The position numbers and the translations under genes are program-made. Below are positions 39,212 to 51,780 of a stretch of 64,000 nt of DNA, piece after piece (within the stretch, counting starts at the first letter, position 1; every line of letters starts with the position of its first letter). The notes beneath the pieces were generated by a model. The model saw only the letters and a list, made by a program, of their open reading frames with translations. It was not told the DNA's origin and did no database searches. Source of the stretch: Octopus sinensis (lineage: Eukaryota); NCBI RefSeq assembly GCF_006345805.1, contig NC_043014.1:48732001-48796000 (forward strand). The letters run 5' to 3'.

Positions 39212-39275
<64 letters not shown>

Positions 39276-39402
39276 TTAATTATTTATATATATATAAGTA
39301 GTTAGAAATGAGGAGGAGGAATAGAAAACAGAAGCAAGATTTTGATTGGATGATAAATATAATAATTAAAAATAAACTGCAAACTGTCTCACTGATCAAG
39401 TG

Positions 39403-39446
<44 letters not shown>

Positions 39447-40530
39447 ACAGTAGAACTATGTTACAGTAAGATCATTTTTCCTTTTGAAAAGCTGATCAAA
39501 TAGCAGAGACAATAGACTTATGTCCCTTTAACCCTTTAGCATTCAGATTACTATGTCAAATGTAATTTGACAGAGTAATTATTCATTCACATTGTTTTGA
39601 AACGGTCATGCACTATCTCATAGCTTTGAGAGGCTGGATCTGGCTGGTTTGAACACAAAACAGGTAGAATATTTTTTCGTAGAATATAGCTGGTTTAAAT
39701 GCTAAAGGGTCGAGTTCTCAATCCCCATCTTGTTGATCAACTTCACCAGAGTCGTTTTACAGTATTAGAAAGTCAGCATAGTTTTAGCACTTGAAAAATG
39801 ACCTACTCAATATCTTTGCATACTCACCACTTGTACTAAATCATCCTCATATATTAATCTTTCTATCAGATTTATATTTAAATGTTAAATGATTAATAAT
39901 TTATAAACCTCCGTGTAGCCACATCTACTGTGCAACCGAGACATTAAAAAACAAAGGCCTCAATTGTTTTGAATAAGTGGTAATATAAAACTTGGAATAA
40001 AAAAAACAACAACATTGAAAATCCCAATTCTTCCATTATTTATTACTAAGGTGGCAAGCTGGTGGACTCATTAGCATGCTGGACAAAACGCATTTCTTCA
40101 GGATCCTTATATCCTGAGTTCAAACCCAGCTGAGGTCAACTTTGCCTTTTTTTACTTTCAGGCTTGGTGGACTAAAGTACCAGTCAAATACTGGGATTCA
40201 TATAACTGACTTGGCCCTGCCCTTGAAATTTCAGACCTTGTGCCTATAGCAGAAAGAGTTAATATTATTAAATCACCATCATCGACAACCCTTAGGTTTG
40301 TATACACAGTCACAGAAGACATTTTCAAAAAATCAATATACATTATAGATGTAAACATGGCTGTGTGGTAAGAAGTTTGCTTTCAAACCAGAGGGCTCCA
40401 GGTTCAGTCCTACAGCATGGCACTTTGGGTAAGTGTCACGTGTAGCCTCAGGCCAACCAAAGCCTTGTGAGTGAATTTGGAAGATAAAACTGAAAGAAGC
40501 CTGATAGATAGATATATATATATATATATA
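37982..40530. repeat. Near-identical tandem duplication of about 1.27 kb
   Basis: Offset 1263 nt before and 1289 nt after a (CA)n tract; junctions in (TA)n. Confidence 0.9.
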
Positions 40531-40949
40531 TATATATGGTGGAGGCACAATGGCCTAGCAGTTAGAGCAGCGGATCCGTGGTTGTAGGATCGCGGTTTTG
40601 ATTCCCAGACCGGGCGTTGTGAGTGTTTATTGGGCGAAAACACCTAGAGCTCCACGAGGCTCCGGCAGGGGGTGGTGGTGAACCCTGCTGTACTCTTTCA
40701 CCACAACTTGCTCTCACTCTTTATTCTTTTGGCCTGCTCGATTAGCCAGCGGGGTGGCATCATTTGAAGGCTAAAACAATGCGAAGCGCATTGTGACCAG
40801 CGATGTGTAGCAACATCTGATAGCCTGGTTGGGCACAGTGATCACGGTGATATATCATCATCATCATCATTTAGCATCCGTTTTCCATGCTAGCATGGGT
40901 TGGAATATATATATATATATATATACTTTATTTAAAAGCAGCAGAAATA

Positions 40950-41004
40950 TAACAAAAGCTGTTACTCAGAGTTTCACGTTCCTGTTCGTCAGACAGTTTT
41001 GTTA
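40950..41004 (-). ncRNA. Minimal type-I hammerhead ribozyme motif (Penelope-like element type)
   Basis: Minus strand: taacaaaactgt-CTGACGA-ac(aggaac)gt-GAA-actc(t)gagt-A-acagcttttgtta. Stem I 12 bp with one bulge, intact core, GUA cleavage triplet, AATAAA about 20 nt downstream. Confidence 0.8.
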
Positions 41005-41689
41005 AAATAGAACAGAAATGACGATATGATCAAAACTAGTTAAAGGATACACCTTTAAAAATGGATTTGTTTCATTGGTCCTTTCCTGATCAGGCAGGAT
41101 TATTTTTTTTTTATCAGATATGTTATACTTTTAACAATCCTATCTTAATTCTTAGTATAACATACATACCCCCCCCCACATACACACACTGTACATATTC
41201 GTTTCTGTTCTACTTGATTGGCCATTGTCTGATGGCTTTGTGGCTAGCTTGTAGACTACTTGTTTACTTCCTGCAACAATATAAACTTGGCCTGAGACTA
41301 GCCGTCCTGAGGAGTGTTTGTTACATAATGACTTACACAATGAACATCAGCAAATTATGAAATAATTGTAGCCAATATTCTATCTATATTCCACTCATGC
41401 ATATATTGGATTGGCAAGAAAATAATTTCGTTTTTCATGGCACGTAAAAAACACCATTTGAGCGTGGCCGTTGCCAGTACTGCTTGACGGATCCTCGTGC
41501 CAGTGGCACGTAAAAGCACCCACTACACTCTCGGAGTGGTTGGTGTTAGGAAGAGCATCCAGCTGTAGAAACTCTGCCAGATCAAGATTGGAGCCTGGTG
41601 CAGCCATCTGGTTTGCCAGACCTCAGTCAAATCGTCCAACCCATGCTAGCATGGAAAGCGGACATTAAACGATGATGATGATGATGCAA

Positions 41690-41943
41690 ATAATTACAAT
41701 TTGAATGACTTTTGTCAATGTTATGATTTTTTTTCCTTTTGACAGTCCATTACTTTTAGCTTACTTCAGAAGCAAATTGCGCAAAATTTTGTTTACAGCT
41801 GTTACTTCAGTGTCATTTTTAACATGGAGTATAAAAACGAGCATTTTCACCTTATTTTGCTTTATTTCTATAAAGGCAAGAAAGCTGCTGAGGCTCACAA
41901 AGAGATATGTGAAGTTTATGGTGTTGATTGCTTAACCGAATGC
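41690..41943 (+). mobile_element. Mariner transposon 5' fragment with transposase N-terminus
   Basis: ATG 41824: MEYKNEHFHLILLYFYKGKKAAEAHKEICEVYGVDCLTEC, resembling the mariner first HTH (EHF...GK.A.EAH..IC.VYG); truncated by a SINE. Confidence 0.8.
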
Positions 41944-43081
41944 CACCACCACCACCACTTTTGTTCCTTCTTGAGCCATGTCTAGCTCATAAGGGCTGGT
42001 TTCCAGGTTTCCTTGGTGTATAGGTTCCCCACCTGGACAGGACGCCAGTCCGTCACAGGTGAGCTGCAAGATGCAGGAGGAAAGAGTGAGAGAAAGTTGT
42101 GGCGAAAGAGTCAGCAGAAGTTCGCCATTACCTTCTGCCGGAGCCGCGTGGAGCTTAGGTGTTTCGCTCATAAATACACACATCGCCCGGTCTGAGATTC
42201 GAACCCGCAATCCCCTCGACGAGTCCGCTGCTCTAACCACTAGGCCATGTGCCTCCACCCCACCACCACTTGACAATTGGTGTTGGTTTATTTACATCCT
42301 TATAACATAGTGGCTTGGCAAAAGTTCCTAATAGAATAAGTACCAGACTTGGGGGAGAAAAAAAAATAACTGGTTGATTGTTCAATTAAACATACTTTGA
42401 AGCAGTGCTCCAGTATGGTTGCTGACTAACGACTAAAACAAAATAAAAAAAAAAATCTATCCTGAGAGAGTATCCGTTGATCAGGACGCTATTTACTAGG
42501 ATGCACTTGAAAAACATCGTCAGATGGAGGTGGGGAGTGAGATAACGAGAAGACAGTGACGTCACAAACTTTGTTATGTATCCTTATTCTTCCTCCTCTA
42601 TCTCACTCCTCTTGTTTCAATCCACGACTTGCTTTCACCATCCCAACTTTTCTAATGTTTACCTCTCACATAGAATGCATGTCCTTCTTCACACTCCATC
42701 TTTCTCTCTCTCTATATATATATATGTATTTTTCTTTTCTCGTTAAAAATGCTCCCGCTCCCAGTCTTTCTGCCTACCAATCAATTCCATCCTTTATTCT
42801 CTCTCTCTCTCTCTCTAGCAGAACTCTTCCTCTGTTAAGATATACTTCATCCTGCTCCCTTTCCTTGCCAACTCAATTTTCTCAGCAAACAAACAGAATA
42901 TACACAACAATAACAACACTGCATGGCACCTAGGGCATGTGCCTTCTGCTATAGACTCGGTCTGACCAAAACCTTGTGAGTGGATTTGGTAGATGGAAGC
43001 TAAAAGAAGGCCATCGTGTGTGTATGTGTATGTATGTATTTGTATCTATCCCTCCCCACTATCACTTGACAACTGATGTTA

Positions 43082-43222
43082 TAAGGCTGTCCCAAAAGTT
43101 CGTAGAAAGTCTTGGAAAATAATGGTCTTTATTTTGAGGAATAATTTTTGTTGTTTTTGTTAGTACTTGGCGAGTAAAAATTCAATTTTCGCAAGTGTTT
43201 ACGAACTTTTGGGACAACCTAA
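43082..43222. mobile_element. Tc1/mariner-type MITE inserted in a SINE
   Basis: TIRs taaggctgtcccaaaagttcgta / tacgaacttttgggacaaccta, TA flanks. Confidence 0.75.
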
Positions 43223-44166
43223 TAGTGTGTTTATGTCCCTGTAACTTAGAGGTTTGGCAAAAGAGACCGATAGAATAAGTACAATGTATGTTTTTTTAAA
43301 GCACGGCCTTGACTAGCTTCTGTGCCGGTAGCACAAAAAAAAAAAAAAAAAAGCACCAACTGATCGTGGCCGATGCCAGACCCCTCTGGCACCTGTGCAG
43401 GTGGCACGTAAAAAGCACCCACTACACTCGTGGAGTGGTTGGCGTTAGGAAGGGCATCCAGCTGTAGAAACACTGCCAGGTCAGACTGGAGCCTGGTCAG
43501 ACTGGAGCGCGGAAAACGGACGTTAAACGATGATGATGAATTTCCCACACTTGTATACTACTCAAGATAATTCTCAATAATTATGAACGTTGATGTTACC
43601 CCCCACCACACACACACAATTTCACTCACAAAGCATTGGTCGGCCCAAATCAAAAGTAGATGACATTTGCCCATCAGCATCATTATTTAGCATCCATTTT
43701 TCAATGATGGCATGGGTTGGACAGTTCAACCCATGTTCAAAGCAAAAGAATGTGCCTCCCGTGCCTGCTTTGGCATGGTTTCTATGGCTCGATGCCCTTC
43801 CTAATGCCAACCACTTTACAGAGCGTTGCAGGCACTTTGCTCTTTTACATGGCATCTGTATTAATAAGGTCAGCAAGTAACCCACAAGACAAGACCTTTC
43901 AAATGAGGGGAACTGTAGCATTGATTAAAGTGGTTTTATACCTGTGCTGCCTGACTGGCTCCCATGCCGGTGGCACATCAAAAGCACCATTCAAGCATGG
44001 TCGATACCAGTACTGCCTGGCTGGCCATGGTGCTGGTGGCACATAGAAAGCACCTGCTACACTCTCGGTGTGGTTGGCATTAGGAAGGGCATCCAGCTGT
44101 AGAAACCCCGCCAGATCAGATTGGAGCCTGGTGCAACCTCCTGGCTTGCCAGTCCTCAGTCTAACC

Positions 44167-44391
44167 TATTTCTTTACTACCCACAAGGGGATAAACACAG
44201 AGGGGACAAACAAGGACAGACAAACGGATTAAGTTGATTATATTGACCCTAGTGCATAACTGGTACTTAATTTATCGACCCTGAAAGAATTAAAGGCAAA
44301 GTTGACCTCAGCGGAATTTGAACTCAGAACATAGCGGCAGGTGAAATACGGCTACGCATTTCACCTGGCGTGCTAACATTTCTGCCAGCTC
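44167..44391 (-). mobile_element. tRNA-derived SINE family B (Deu/Nin-like core), nested in another retroposon
   Basis: B-box gagttcaaattcc, core tttgcctttcatcc-like; 19-bp TSD gccagtcctcagtctaacc at 44148-44166 and 44392-44410; more than 15 related copies in the window. Confidence 0.85.
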
Positions 44392-45741
44392 GCCAGTCCT
44401 CAGTCTAACCGTCCAACCCATGCCAGCATGGAAAGCAGCCATTACACGACGACGATGATGATGAGAGGTTAAAGTGTGATAGAGGGACAGGAATGGGTGT
44501 CTTGCTGTAGAGGAGATACATGGGTACCCCAGTCGGAAAGGCAGAAGATCATCATCATCATTTAATGTCCATTTCCGTGCTGGCATGGGTTGGGCAGTTT
44601 GACAGGAGGTGGAAAGCCAGAGAACTGTACCAGACTCCAGTTGTCTGTTTGGCAGGATTTCTACAGTTGGCCGTCCTTTCTAATGCCAACCACTTTATAG
44701 AATGTAGTGGGTGCTTTTTATGTAGCACTGGCACAAAGATATGTCAAGAAATACCCTCAAATTACAGGAAGGTGAATACAAGAGAAGTGATACAGAGAAT
44801 CCGGACAGGGTGAATGGGTAAGCTCTTGAGAGTGGGGAAGGAGAATGACAAGGTGAGGTGGGTGTACAAGGAAAAAGTGTTCAGTGGAAAATAAGATGGT
44901 ATGGGATGATACTGAAAATGTGAGACAAAGGAGGTGATCCCAGGGAGGGTAAAAGTAGGGGTTGAATGTGTGTAGTTCTATTCTCATAACACTGTGTAAC
45001 ACCAATTTTGTCCTTGGGCAGCAACTGTTATTTCCTATTTGTTTACCTCTAAAAGTATTAAAAATGGCTAATATTTCCTTCAAACTTTGCTTTTCTTACA
45101 TTGATTCAAACCCCCAAAAATCCCTCTCAGCACATGGCTATGATGCTTCCTGCACTACCCCTGTTCATAATCAGAAATGCATGTATTGTCAAGTAACTGA
45201 CAAGCAAATCTGTGATATTGAGCAGAATATTTGCTATAAAGATAGTTCTGCTTCAGCAACTCAGGGCTGAATCTGTTTGAAATGTAATGGAGAATAGGTC
45301 AGTTTCAAAACATTGGTGTCCAGGTCACAAAAGCAAAGTTTGAAGTGATTAGCAGTTTTCTTTTGATTTCTAGATAGAAGCAAATAGGAAATAACACTTA
45401 CTGACAACAACAGAAAAAAAAAATCTGTTCCAAAGAGAATTAACATGGTAACTACCACAAGTACCATCGATGGTTAATCACAAACTTCACACAACTGTCA
45501 TGTGCACCACTGGTGGTACCATTTCACAATTTGAAAAAATAATTTATTCTGTATCTTTGATATGGTTTCAAGGCCATTTAAATAACATGAGAGCTAAATA
45601 TTAAAATTTAGTTATGAAATTAATTGAACATACATTCACCTCCTTCTATCACAGCTGTCACTGCACAGAGAGCAATAGCACATGAGTTACGTGGCTACAC
45701 AGGTAAGTTCCAGTAACAGGCCATGGCAGGTAACATATTAA

Positions 45742-46962
45742 CCCTTTTGATACCAACCTGCCTGAAACCGCCTCTGGCTCTGTAGTACAAATGTCTTATT
45801 TTCAAAAATTCTGCATTAAAATCTTCCACCAAACTTTAGTCACATTTTATGTTCCTAACACTAAGCCTAATGATAACTAAGTTATTTTACTAAATTCTTT
45901 GTTATATTTAAAATTAATTGAAAGAAACACAGAGCATCTCAAAATAAATACAGTAATGAAAGGGTTAAAATATATAATAGAGAAACAATTCTTAACCCTT
46001 TCGATACCAACCCGGCTGAAACCTCCTCTGGATCTGTAGTACAAATGTCTTGTTTTCATAAGTGCTGAATTAAAATCTTCCACCAAACTTTAGTCACAAT
46101 TTATGTTCCTAACACTAGCTTAATGATAACTAAGTTATTTTACTAAACTCTTTGTAATATTTAAAATTAATTGAAAGAAACACAGAGCATCTGAGCGACA
46201 GGCTTATTCAACCTTTTAACTTTTAGTATTCAGATTATTCTGCCAAATGTAATGTTAATTTATTCACATAGCTTTGAATTAATCCATTATTTCATAGCTT
46301 CGAGATTTTGATGTGATTGTTTATTATTAGCAGGACATTGCAGGGTAGGAGCGAGAGGCCAGATCTGGCCGGTTTGAGCATAAAACAGGAGGATATACGG
46401 GCCAGATATGGCTGGATTAACTCTTTTGATACCAACCCGGCTGAAACCACCTCCGACTCTGTAGTACAAATGTCTTGTTTTCAAAAGTTCTGAATGAAAA
46501 TCTTCCACCAAACCTTAGTCACAATTTATGTTCCTAACACTAGCTTAATGATAACTAAGTTATTTTACTAAATTCTTTGTTATAAATCCTTAAAAATGTT
46601 TTAGCCCGAAGGCCGCGGCCATGCTGGGGCACCACCGCTGTGTACATGTTATATTTAAAATTGATTGAAAGAAACACAGAGCATCTCAAAAAAGGGTTAA
46701 AATATATAATAGAGAAACAATTCTTGACCCTTTCGATACCAACCCGCCTGAAACTGCCTCTGACTCTGTAGTACAAATGTCTTGTTTTCAAAAGTTCTGA
46801 ATTAAAATCTGCCACTTAACCTTAGTCATGATTTATGTTCCTAACACCAGCTTAATGATAACTAAGTTATTTTACTAAATTCTTGTTATATTTATATTGT
46901 TATATTTAAAATTAATTGAAAGAACTACAGAGCACCTCAAAATAAAAACGGTAACGAAAGGG
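45742..46962. mobile_element. Cluster of four piggyBac-type MITE copies
   Basis: TTAA|CCCTT...AAGGG|TTAA units of about 220 bp at 45742, 45996, 46421 and 46728. Confidence 0.75.
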
Positions 46963-49839
46963 TTAAGGCAGTACCCCAGTATAGCTGTAATTCAAAAAGA
47001 GACAGTGCATGGTAACAAAAGAGTTAAAGCACTAACCTGGTTATTTCACAAAGTACTTGTATCTAATATCTTGTGTCTAATCTAATGCAACAATGACTTG
47101 GTGAAATGAAGCCTACTAACTACAAACTAGTCTAAATACTATAATAATCTTGAGAAGGTCACTTAGCAGCTGAAATCCTAAATCATTACATTAATGGAAT
47201 GTTACCGATAGTACAGAGTAACTACTTTGAAAGTAGTTTAGTATCAAAACGTAATGGTGTGAATTGCTTTCTAAATAATTAAGCACAATAATAGGCACGG
47301 ATGAGGCGGTGCGGTTAAGAAGTTTGCTTCCCAAATAATGTAATTTGGGGTTCAGTCTCACTGCACAGCACTGTTGGCAAGTGTCTTCTACTGTGACCCT
47401 GGGCTCACTAAACCCTTGTGCACCATCATCATCGTTTAATGTCCGTTTTCCATTCTAGCATGGGTTGGACAGTTCGGCCAGGGTCTGGGAAGCCAGGAGG
47501 CTGCACCAGGCTCCAGTCTGATCTGGCAGTGTTTCTACAACTGGATGCCCTTCCTAATGCCAACTACCCCTTGTTCTATGTTTAAACAGGTCAGATCTAG
47601 CCTTTCACACCTAACCTACAATGTCATTCTTTGAAATAAATAGTCACATCATCGAAATCTCAAAGCTACAAGATAACACATAATTCAAAACAATTTGAAT
47701 AAATAAGCCTTACACATGATACTAACCTGTCATGTGTAATGTTTATTTACTCTTACTCTTTTACTTGTTTCAGTCATTTGACTGCGGCCATGCTGGAGCA
47801 CCGCCTTTAGTCGAGCAAATTGACCCTGGGACTTATTCTTTGTAAGCCCAGTACTTATTCTATCGGTCTCTTTTTGCCGAACCGCTAAGTGACGGGGACG
47901 TAAACACACCAGCATCGGTGTCAAGCAATGCTAGAGGGACAAACACACACACACACACACACACATACATATATATATATACATATATACGACAGGCTTC
48001 TTTCAGTTTCTGTCTACCAAATGCACTCACAAGGCATTGGTCGGCCCGGGGCTATAGCAGAAGACACTTACCCAAGATGCTACGCAGTGGGACTGAACCC
48101 AGAACCATGTGGTTGGTAAGCAAGCTACTTTCCACACAGCTACTCCTTAAAAAATCCTTAAATCCTTAAAAATGTTTTAGCCCGAAGGCCGTGGCCATGA
48201 TGGGGCACCACCGCTGAAATATCAATGCCTTCGTGTCTATTTTTGTTCACTAAAGGGTTAAATCTTGGCCTATTTTCACAGTCTGTTCTTTTTCTCGTCC
48301 AGTTTCCTTCCGCTATATTCATTTATCAAATCCTCTTTCTTCTTTGCTAAAAAACCCCGCACTGCACCTCAAAACTATTTAATGCCTCACTGGAATGACT
48401 TAAATAAATATATAAAAAAGCCAGCTGTTAGTCACTTGACCTCGAATGTCTTATCACATTGGAGCCAAATACACTGGAGTTATTTATTTATTTATTTAGA
48501 AGGAAATAAATAGTAAAGAAACAAAATCAACAATATTCTCTCCTCTTCCTCCTCCTCTTTATCTCTCATCTCCCCCCCTCTTCCTTAGTAAGCCTTCATG
48601 GCCATCCATTGAAAACTAAACAAAATTAATTAGGTTTTTAGAAAAAAATTTATAAAGAAAACGAAAAAAAAAAATAAAAGCACAGGCATTGCTATGCGAT
48701 TAGGAAGTTTGCTTTGCAACCGCAATGTTGGCGGGGACAAACACAGACACACAAATGTATACACACACACACACATACGACGAGCTTCTTTCAGTTTCTG
48801 TCTACCAAATCCACTCTCAACATTTTGGTCGGCCCGAGGCTATAGTAGAAGGCACTTGCCCAAGGTGCAATGCAGTGGGACTGAACCCGGAACCATGTGG
48901 TTCGTAAGCAAGCTACTTACCACACAGCCACTCCTCCGCCTAACAGCTATATAAAATGTTTTTATGATCAGGTAGGATACATTTACCCCTGGCCAACAGT
49001 CACAGACTTCACAATACCTATTTCTTTACTACCCACAAGGGGCTAAACACAGAGGAGACAAACAAGGACAGACAAACGGATTAAGTCGATTATGTCGACC
49101 CCAGTGCATAACTGGTACTTAATTTATCGACCCCAAAAGGATGAAAAGCAAAGTCAACCTCGTCGGAATTTGAACTCGGAACATAACGGCAGACAAAATA
49201 GTGCTAAGCATTTCGCCCGGCGTGCTAATGATTCTGCCAGCTCGCCGCCTTGACTATACCTATTTCTTTACTACCCACAAGGGGCTAAACACAGAGGAGA
49301 CAAACAGATTAAGTCGATTATGTCGACCCCAGTGCATAACTGGTCCTTAATTTATCGACCCCAAAAGGATGAAAGGCAAAGTCGACCTCGGCGGAATTTG
49401 AACTCAGAACGTAACGGCAGACGAAATACCGCTAAGCATTTCACCCGACATGCTAACGTTTCTGCCAGCTCGCCGCCTTTCACAGCCTTCACTATACCAT
49501 GGGCCACACTGCTCTATGGATGTTTTTGTTCCATGGATCAGACTATGTTCCTTAGCTATCACTCCCTACCACCAGCTACCAATGCCCAAACTCCCCCCTG
49601 TACATGCATTATGACATTGAAAATACCAAAATTGGAACGAGACAGAGAGACTACGAAACTAAGTGACATCTCAAGAACTGCATCTAAGCAGTTGTCCAGT
49701 ACACACACACGATTTCCACTTAAAATGCTACTGCAGGAGTTGTTTTGATGGTCACGAAGTTTTGCAGTGCACAAATCCTAATGCTGATAAGTGTTCAAGC
49801 TAAGTGTATTGACAAGAGTGGCCGTTGTAAAGAGGAATG

Positions 49840-49842
49840 GAA

Positions 49843-49877
<35 letters not shown>

Positions 49878-49917
49878 ACACGCACATATACATACATGTT
49901 CTTGTCCCAGTTTGTAT

Positions 49918-49960
<43 letters not shown>

Positions 49961-50245
49961 CACACATACACATATATACACACACACATATATATACACA
50001 CACATATATACACACACACACACATATATACCACACACACATATATATACACACACACACATATATATACACACACACACACATATATACACACACACCA
50101 CACACATATATATATACACACACATATATATATACACACACACATATATATACACACACATATATATATACACACACACATATATACACACACCACACAC
50201 ACATATACACACACACATATATACACCACACACACACACATATAT

Positions 50246-50276
<31 letters not shown>

Positions 50277-50297
50277 TATATACACACACACATATAT

Positions 50298-50332
<35 letters not shown>

Positions 50333-50350
50333 CATACACACACACACGTG
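49840..50350. repeat. (CA)n/(TA)n compound microsatellite
   Basis: About 500 bp of low-complexity sequence. Confidence 0.95.
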
Positions 50351-51528
50351 AGAGAAAATTAATGACATTTCTGATAATTTTTTTATCAGAGGGAAAGTTA
50401 AAATCCCACTGATAGAAGTGAGAGGTCAACTTCCCCTTTCACCACCCACCAAGGGACCAACATAAAAAGCACTAGGTATGCATGCATCTATATACTTTGA
50501 AGCATTTAGCATACATCCTTTGTCCCCTTATTTGTTTTATAAGTATTTTAGGAAGTTCCTATCCCCTATGAATCAATGTACTTACAGGGTGTTGAGCTGT
50601 TTAGATCAGTGGTTCTCAAGCATTTTTCACTTATGAACCCCTCTGATCCCTATTTTACTTGGGTAGACCCTTATAAGCAGTTGATGCTTAAAAATTCCTA
50701 TTTTATCTTTATAATTAAATATTACTTTCAAATTTTGGTACAAGGCCAGCAATTTTGTGGGCGGGAATAAGTTGATTGCATTGACCCCCAATGTTCAACT
50801 GGGACTTATTTTATTGACCTAGAAAGGATGAAAGGCAAAGGTGACCTCAGAACGTAAAGTCAGACGAACTACTGCTAATTATTTTGTCCAGTGTGGCAAC
50901 AATTCTGCCAGCTTGCTGCCTTAATAATAATAATTAAATATTATTAAGAATTGTATAAAAAAATTGTTAAAATATTTTGTGTATTGTAAAAGTATAACTA
51001 ATTTTATTGCACATAAATTTTAACTACAAAATCTTATATGGGCCCCCAAGGGCTATATGAACCCTAGCTGAAAACCACTAATGAAAACATATATGTGTGT
51101 GTTGAAACATTCCTGTCACAACATGGGACCTTGAAGACTGCTTAAATGCAAGAAAGTATACAAGTCCCTTAATATTTGATATTCAATGTCATCTATTCAA
51201 TAAGACAATCAATACTTCATTTCATTTTACTAAATATATATATTTTTTTATACTATATATACTATATATTCTATATTCTACATTAATATTATAAAGAATA
51301 TAAATAAAACATAAAAAAACAGACAGAGTTGGAATTCCTTTGAATAATATATATCCCTCTAAACACAATCATACAACCCCCCCTATCAAAACAAATCAAA
51401 ATAGATGAACATCAATGGAATTTGTATCTTTGTGGTACCAGTGCTGGTGGCACACAAGAAAATCATCCGAACGTGGCCGTAGCCAGTACCGCATAGACTG
51501 GCCTCCGTGCTTTGGGGACGTAACAAAC

Positions 51529-51780
51529 ACCATCCGATCGTGGCCGTCCGCCAGCCTCATCTGGCACCTGTGTCGGTGGCACAAAAAAAACACCATCCGA
51601 GCGTGGCCGTCTGCCAGCCTCGTCTGGCACCTGTGTCGGTGGCACATAAAAACACCATCCGAGCGTGGCCGTCTGCCAGCCTCGTCTGGCACCTGTGTCG
51701 GTGGCACATAAAAACACCATCCGAGCGTGGCCGTTCGCCAGCCTCGTCTGGCACCTGTGTCGGTGGCACATAAAATCACC
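51529..51780. repeat. 62-bp tandem repeat x4 inside family D retroposon
   Basis: caccatccga at 51591, 51653 and 51715 (plus 51529). Confidence 0.9.

Noticed and set aside
42455-42530. CTGACGA (minus strand) near cggatactc as a hammerhead
   Set aside because: No closing stem II, GATA instead of GAAA, and no matching stem I
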